From positions 1-41,175 of the forward strand of contig WBXJ01000001.1 of the NCBI GenBank assembly GCA_008933045.1: 41,175 bases of DNA. Reading direction: 5' to 3'. A program made the translations under genes and the position numbers. The stretch's first letter is position 1, and every line of letters begins with the position of its first letter. The stretch comes from Verrucomicrobiota bacterium. Its GTDB lineage: Bacteria > Verrucomicrobiota > Verrucomicrobiia > Limisphaerales > SXQI01. Below the pieces are notes generated by a model. The model searched no databases. It was not told where the DNA came from and worked only from the letters and a program-made list of their open reading frames with translations. Positions 36,474-41,175 of this stretch are shown piece after piece.

Positions 36474-37481
36474 ATGGAATCCGGAAAAACCATTCGCATC
36501 GCAACCCGAGGTAGTGCTCTCGCTTTGGCACAAGCAAACACGGTGTTAAGCCAGTTCGAGGCGGAATTTCCGAACCTCGATTTCGAACTGAAGATCATTC
36601 GCACCACGGGGGACAAGCTCCAAGCCGTTCCCATCGCTGACACCAATCAGCCCTTGCCCAAGGGACTTTTTACCAAGGAATTGGAAGTTGCGTTACTTTC
36701 TGGCGAAGCTGACTTGGCGGTGCATAGCTTGAAGGATCTTCCCACCGAACTTCCTGACGGACTCAAACTCGCAGCCGTTCTCGAACGCGCCGATGTCCGA
36801 GATGTGCTGATCTATCGCCGTTCCGAATCGCAGAGTTATTCCGCAAAGGCCCCTCCATCGCGCCGCCAATGTTTAAACCCTCACGCGACAATTTTTGAAT
36901 TCTCACCCGCCTCCACGATCGCCACAGCGAGCACGCGACGTGAGGCGCAAATCCTCTTGCTCCGCCCTGATTTAAAAGTTGTTCCTATCCGAGGCAACGT
37001 TGGCACTCGATTACAAAAGTTGGCAGATCAGGATCAACTGGACGGGTTAGTCCTCGCTTTGGCGGGGATGACCCGACTTCATTTTAGGATTGCCCCGGAT
37101 GGTTCACTTCATGGAGAGGGAGTTCCAGACGGTTTACTCACCTCCATTTTTTCGACAGAGGAAATGCTGCCCTGTGTCGGGCAGGGTGCCATCGGTCTTG
37201 AGACACGCGAGAATGACCCCCAGATCGAAGCACTTTGCGCACGCGTCAACCATCGAGAAACATATTACTGCGTCCTGGCAGAACGTGCGTTTCTCCATGC
37301 CATGGGCGGTGGTTGCCTCAGCCCAGTGGCTGCGTACGCTGAAATCCAAGGCGAGACCCTCCGATTGCGAGCGGCCTCGTTTCGTGAAGCGCGAATCGGT
37401 CGCGGCGACTTAATCGCACCGTTAGAAAAGGCGATTGAAGTAGGGAAAGCCCTTGCTCACAAGCTCTTAGGTGTAGTTTGA
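36474..37481 (+). CDS. hemC: Hydroxymethylbilane synthase (porphobilinogen deaminase)
   Basis: IRIATRGSALALAQA, GLFTKELEVALLSGEADLAVHSLKDLP, RGNVGTRLQKL, and LPCVGQGAIGLE...GGCLSPVAAYA (cofactor Cys). It starts 3 nt after the hemA stop. Confidence 0.95.
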   Translation: MESGKTIRIATRGSALALAQANTVLSQFEAEFPNLDFELKIIRTTGDKLQAVPIADTNQPLPKGLFTKELEVALLSGEADLAVHSLKDLPTELPDGLKLAAVLERADVRDVLIYRRSESQSYSAKAPPSRRQCLNPHATIFEFSPASTIATASTRREAQILLLRPDLKVVPIRGNVGTRLQKLADQDQLDGLVLALAGMTRLHFRIAPDGSLHGEGVPDGLLTSIFSTEEMLPCVGQGAIGLETRENDPQIEALCARVNHRETYYCVLAERAFLHAMGGGCLSPVAAYAEIQGETLRLRAASFREARIGRGDLIAPLEKAIEVGKALAHKLLGVV

Positions 37482-37508
37482 ATGTTTTTAAAATTTAGCT
37501 AATACGCC

Positions 37509-37537
37509 TTGACAATCCCTCCCTTATTGCTTACCGT
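37509..37537 (+). promoter_or_regulatory. Candidate sigma70-type promoter (TTGACA-17-TACCGT) for the beta-propeller gene
   Basis: Motif match only. The consensus -35 TTGACA (37509-37514) contains the TTG that the ORF track uses as a start codon. The -10-like hexamer is at 37532-37537. Confidence 0.3.
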
Positions 37538-37541
37538 GTCA

Positions 37542-40500
37542 ATGAAAAGTTTTGACTTTATGAAAACCAATCACCGTATTTCTGCGGGAATCTTCTGGAT
37601 TTGGTCTTTGATCCTGCTGGTGGCCTTACACAGCCCGATCTGGGCCGGCCCCACTGCGCCCAAAATTTTAAACATCGAGATCAACCGTACCAACGTCGTC
37701 GTCAACGTGGAAGTGTCGGTCGGGTTGCGCAAAGTGACCTTGGAGAGTCGATCCAGATTGATTGGCAGTGCGTGGGTTCCTCGTGCTGTCAAACGGCTCG
37801 ATGGCAAGGGTGAATCGACCAGTTTTTCGTTACCTGTAACTGCGGATTTGGAATTACTCAGGGTGCGTGGAGATGAAAATGATCCCTTGCCCGAGGCATT
37901 CTATAAAGGAACTAACAAGTTTGAAGGCCAAGCAACCTCAACTGCCGGGGGTATTTCCTCCGACGGGTTAAATCGTATTGCTGTCACGGACTCAAAAACC
38001 ACAGAGTCCGATTCATCGAGATCCGTCACAGAGTCCGATATCTGGAAAGTCGATGGCAACACACTTTATTTTTACAATCAATATCGAGGGTTACAGGTCA
38101 TCAATATTCGGCAACCAGAAGCCCCTCAACTGACTGGCGTCTATGATTTGCCGGCGGCAGGAGAGCAAATGTATTTGTTGCCCGGTGGCTATGTGGTGCT
38201 ACTCGCTCGTGACAATTGTTATTCCGGAGGTGCGAATCGAAATGTCATCATCATTCTAAAGGTTGAAGGCGGCAAACCGTCCTTAGTCAAGGAACTGCCC
38301 GTGGAAGGTTGGATACAAGAAAGTCGCATGGTTGGGACAGCCCTTTACGTCTCCACCCAATCGTATCTTCAGTCGCAGGATGGAGTGAACACCACTTGGA
38401 CTTGGAGCAGTGTGGTGAGCTCGTTTGATTTAGCCAACCCGCTGGAGCCTGTGGTCAAGGACACGCTCACCTTCCCAGGCTACAACAATACAGTTGCCGC
38501 TAGTGAACAATTTTTCTTTGTCGCGACCCAGTCCTCTGATTGGAATTCCAGCCGGTTACAATTAGTGGATATTTCAGATCCCACTGGCGCGATGAAAAAA
38601 TCGGGTGTAATTCCAATCTCGGGCAACATTCCCGATAAATTTAAAATTCACCAAAACGGTGATGTGCTGACCGTAATTTCCCAGACGTGGAACGACACGC
38701 GCCGATGGACAACATTGCTCCAAACGTTTTCCTTGGCCAATCCTGCCTTACCCAAACACCTCGGTAAATTGGAACTCGCTGCCGGCGAACAATTGCACGC
38801 GACCCGATTTGATGGCAACAAGGCTTATATTGTTACGTTCTTTCGAATTGATCCCTTATGGGTTGTGGATTTAAGCGACCCAACCAAACCCCAGATCAAG
38901 GGTGAACTGGAAGTTCCCGGTTGGTCCACCTACCTCCATCCGATGGGCGATCGCCTTTTATCTGTGGGAATTGATACGACGAACGGTTGGCATGTCACCG
39001 TCTCGCTTTTCGACGTTGCGGACGTGACCAAACCCACCTTGGTAGATCGCGCAGTGCTGGGTGGTAGTTGGTCTTGGAGCGAAGCAAATAATGACGAAAA
39101 AGCGTTTAATGTTCTCGCAGATTCTGGACTCATTTTGTTGCCTTGGCAGGGTTATTCGACTAACTGGACCGTCACTAACGGCATGCAAATCATTGATTTC
39201 AATAAGTCCTCTTTGACACTGCGAGGAGTTATCCCTCATGCCTTTGCTCCTCGTCGAGCCACGATGGTGGGCGACCACATTTTCTCCATCGATAGCAGTC
39301 GCCTGCTCAGTGTTGCCGCGCCTGATCGCGATCACCCCGTCATCAAAGCAGAACTAGCTCTCTCATGGAATGTTTCCCATGTGATCCCTGTCGGAGATTA
39401 CCTTTTACAGGTCGCTTCAAACGCCAGTTATTACTCAGCAGACGGCGAGATAGCGCGAATTCTAGTGACCACTGCTAATCAACCTAACGAAATACTTCGA
39501 TCATTAACTCTGCCGTTGAATCGTCCGATCATCGGCATCACCCGAAAAAATGATCGTCTCTACATCGCGCAATCTGTTGAGGAAAAGTTTTCTGGAGGAG
39601 GTCTCGCTGGAGGCAAACTCAGCCCCATTGCTGATGGCTTCTGGGGTGGCCCCTTTGGCGGGTCTGCCGCAGGCCCGGTTCACACCACCATCGTGGATGT
39701 TTCTAAGCCCCTTGAATTGAGTATTTTAGGTACCGCTGAAAACAAGACCGAGGTCAACGCCACCGCGAGCGGTCTTCAAGCGTTCTGGCCAAAACCTGGC
39801 ATCCTAGTCTGGTCCAGCCAACAGCAACAAGGTTGGGGTTACTACATGCGTTTTTCCTATTGGTCACCCTCCTTTGGAAATCAGACCTTTTACTCGCTCG
39901 ACGTCAACGAGCCAACCAAGCCTCAGGCACTCTGCACGTTCGTCCTTGGGACCAATACTTGGGCCGAGGGAAGCTCCGTTTTTCAGGCTGGAACCCTATT
40001 TTACTCCAGCCATCATGAATACGAAACAGTCACCACAAAAAATCCCGACACCAAGGATGGCGTCTCTGTTTCTTACTTAAACAACACTTATTTGGATGTG
40101 GTAGATTTTTCAGATCCGACCTTGCCCGTGGCTCGCCCCTTGGTGAGCATCCCCAATAATCTCAACGGTATTTCTACGGATGGAAACATTCTCTATTTGG
40201 TGGGTTACCATGTTCAGTCTCCCGTGGTGCCGGATTACTTCGAGTATCTTGATATCGCTTCTTACGACGGCGTCAGCGCGTATTCTATTTCCTCAACCCG
40301 CCTCTCAAACTATTGGCCTCGGCCCCTGACCATTCTTGATAACTCGGTTTACCTCGGCGTCGTCGATGAAAAGAGTTCCAAGTCTGTGTTGCAACAATTG
40401 CGATTGAACAAAGCAGGAGCTCTGGAAGTGGTTGCAACAGTGGCTCTTCCAATTCCTGCTCAAGGATTTGGCATTGTTGATGGTCAACTTTTAATCCGGA

Positions 40501-40676
40501 CCGCGTCGGATATGAGCATTTACGATTTAACCTCGCTCCAACCCATCGCTTTTTCTGAGTCCCCCGGTTGTTATTATTGGAGTGAACCTGTGATCAACGG
40601 TTCGGTGAAGGACGGTTTCTGGGCCTCCTTGGGTCAGTATGGTGTGATCCCATTACGAGTTTCCGCCAAGCCCTAA
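37542..40676 (+). CDS. Large secreted beta-propeller domain protein (PF09826 Beta_propel-like core with extra N- and C-terminal regions)
   Basis: Signal peptide (MKTNHRISAGIFWIWSLILLVALHSPIWA). Family-typical segments: SDIWKVDGNTLYFYNQYRGLQVINI and ATRFDGNKAYIVTFFRIDPLWVVDLSDPTKPQIKGELEVPGWSTYLHPMGDRLLSVG. The start is ATG 37542 or ATG 37560, not TTG 37509. Confidence 0.85.
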   Translation: MKSFDFMKTNHRISAGIFWIWSLILLVALHSPIWAGPTAPKILNIEINRTNVVVNVEVSVGLRKVTLESRSRLIGSAWVPRAVKRLDGKGESTSFSLPVTADLELLRVRGDENDPLPEAFYKGTNKFEGQATSTAGGISSDGLNRIAVTDSKTTESDSSRSVTESDIWKVDGNTLYFYNQYRGLQVINIRQPEAPQLTGVYDLPAAGEQMYLLPGGYVVLLARDNCYSGGANRNVIIILKVEGGKPSLVKELPVEGWIQESRMVGTALYVSTQSYLQSQDGVNTTWTWSSVVSSFDLANPLEPVVKDTLTFPGYNNTVAASEQFFFVATQSSDWNSSRLQLVDISDPTGAMKKSGVIPISGNIPDKFKIHQNGDVLTVISQTWNDTRRWTTLLQTFSLANPALPKHLGKLELAAGEQLHATRFDGNKAYIVTFFRIDPLWVVDLSDPTKPQIKGELEVPGWSTYLHPMGDRLLSVGIDTTNGWHVTVSLFDVADVTKPTLVDRAVLGGSWSWSEANNDEKAFNVLADSGLILLPWQGYSTNWTVTNGMQIIDFNKSSLTLRGVIPHAFAPRRATMVGDHIFSIDSSRLLSVAAPDRDHPVIKAELALSWNVSHVIPVGDYLLQVASNASYYSADGEIARILVTTANQPNEILRSLTLPLNRPIIGITRKNDRLYIAQSVEEKFSGGGLAGGKLSPIADGFWGGPFGGSAAGPVHTTIVDVSKPLELSILGTAENKTEVNATASGLQAFWPKPGILVWSSQQQQGWGYYMRFSYWSPSFGNQTFYSLDVNEPTKPQALCTFVLGTNTWAEGSSVFQAGTLFYSSHHEYETVTTKNPDTKDGVSVSYLNNTYLDVVDFSDPTLPVARPLVSIPNNLNGISTDGNILYLVGYHVQSPVVPDYFEYLDIASYDGVSAYSISSTRLSNYWPRPLTILDNSVYLGVVDEKSSKSVLQQLRLNKAGALEVVATVALPIPAQGFGIVDGQLLIRTASDMSIYDLTSLQPIAFSESPGCYYWSEPVINGSVKDGFWASLGQYGVIPLRVSAKP

Positions 40677-41175
40677 GCTTTGAAGTGGATTCGTGGATGA
40701 CTCATTAAATAGCCACGAATTTCATCAATAAAAATCTGGCCAAAATCGAGCCACTTTTTAGCTCCCACCCCGTTGATATCCAGCATCTCCCCTTCCGTCT
40801 GCGGATAGTGACGAGACATTTCCCGAAGTGAGACATCCGAGAAAATAATGTAGGACTGTACCGATCGTTCTTGAGCTAACGATCGCCGCAAGGCTCGGAG
40901 TTGTTCAAAAAGATCCTCATCACACTCCATGGCTTCAGAGCCTCCAGCTCGCATCTTCGAGCGGGTTAGTTTTACCGATTTCTCCCGCAGGGTTTGATCC
41001 GTTGGTGTTCCTTCCGATGTGAGATTCGTCAGCGCGGAAGTGAGCATGACCGACTTTCGTTCCTTCAGAACGGCTAGACCTTCCGCTGTCAATTCAGGCA
41101 CGTTCCATCGCTCTGCAATTTGTCGCAGATAGCCTAGTTGGATTAACTCACGCCCAATCTGCGCCCATCGAGATG
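40673..41175 (-). CDS. recQ: ATP-dependent DNA helicase RecQ, C-terminal part (RQC winged helix + HRDC); gene continues past the right edge
   Basis: The tracked 142-aa ORF starts at an internal GTG, and the frame stays open to the window edge (...SRWAQIGRELIQLGYLRQIAERWNVPELTAEGLAVLKERKSVML = RQC-like). HRDC motif: EDLFEQLRALRRSLAQERSVQSYIIFSDVSLREMSRHYPQTEGEMLDINGVGAKKWLDFGQIFIDEI. Confidence 0.88.
   Translation of the reverse strand, partial: SRWAQIGRELIQLGYLRQIAERWNVPELTAEGLAVLKERKSVMLTSALTNLTSEGTPTDQTLREKSVKLTRSKMRAGGSEAMECDEDLFEQLRALRRSLAQERSVQSYIIFSDVSLREMSRHYPQTEGEMLDINGVGAKKWLDFGQIFIDEIRGYLMSHPRIHFKA

Overview
This is a 41.2-kb, densely coding chromosomal segment. It has about 32 protein genes, with one partial gene at each edge. 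By eye I found no rRNA, tRNA, CRISPR array, transposase, integrase or phage genes. The gene content includes a planctomycete-type cytochrome-c/WD40 protein, a Tat-signal DUF1501 protein, DUF5069 and a PF09826-like beta-propeller. This suggests a PVC-superphylum bacterium, probably Verrucomicrobiota (inference only). Left part, minus strand: rho, a WYL-domain regulator, and a 1080-aa secreted cytochrome-c/double-WD40 protein with a long central coiled coil. These are followed by a TolC / HlyD / ABC-ATPase / MacB-permease exporter with overlapping genes. Middle part, mostly housekeeping: DUF47-Pit phosphate transport, DUF5069, accA, phosphomannose isomerase, a ribose-type sugar ABC importer, an aminotransferase, deoC, an ABC-F ATPase and acs. 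Right part: a tightly spaced RidA / D-TA-family PLP enzyme / GntP permease / M19 amidohydrolase / cytochrome-c-PQQ dehydrogenase block. It is followed by DUF1501, cinA-hemX-like-hemA-hemC, a 1055-aa secreted beta-propeller protein and the 3' end of recQ. I do not see a clear defence island or mobile element. Two blocks are the best candidates for undescribed biology. The first is the WYL / heme-propeller-coiled-coil / tripartite-exporter block. The second is the five-gene RidA-to-PQQ-dehydrogenase block, which I read as a possible 2-amino-sugar-acid or D-amino-acid catabolic route. All functional calls come from motif recognition in the supplied translations. No database search was run.
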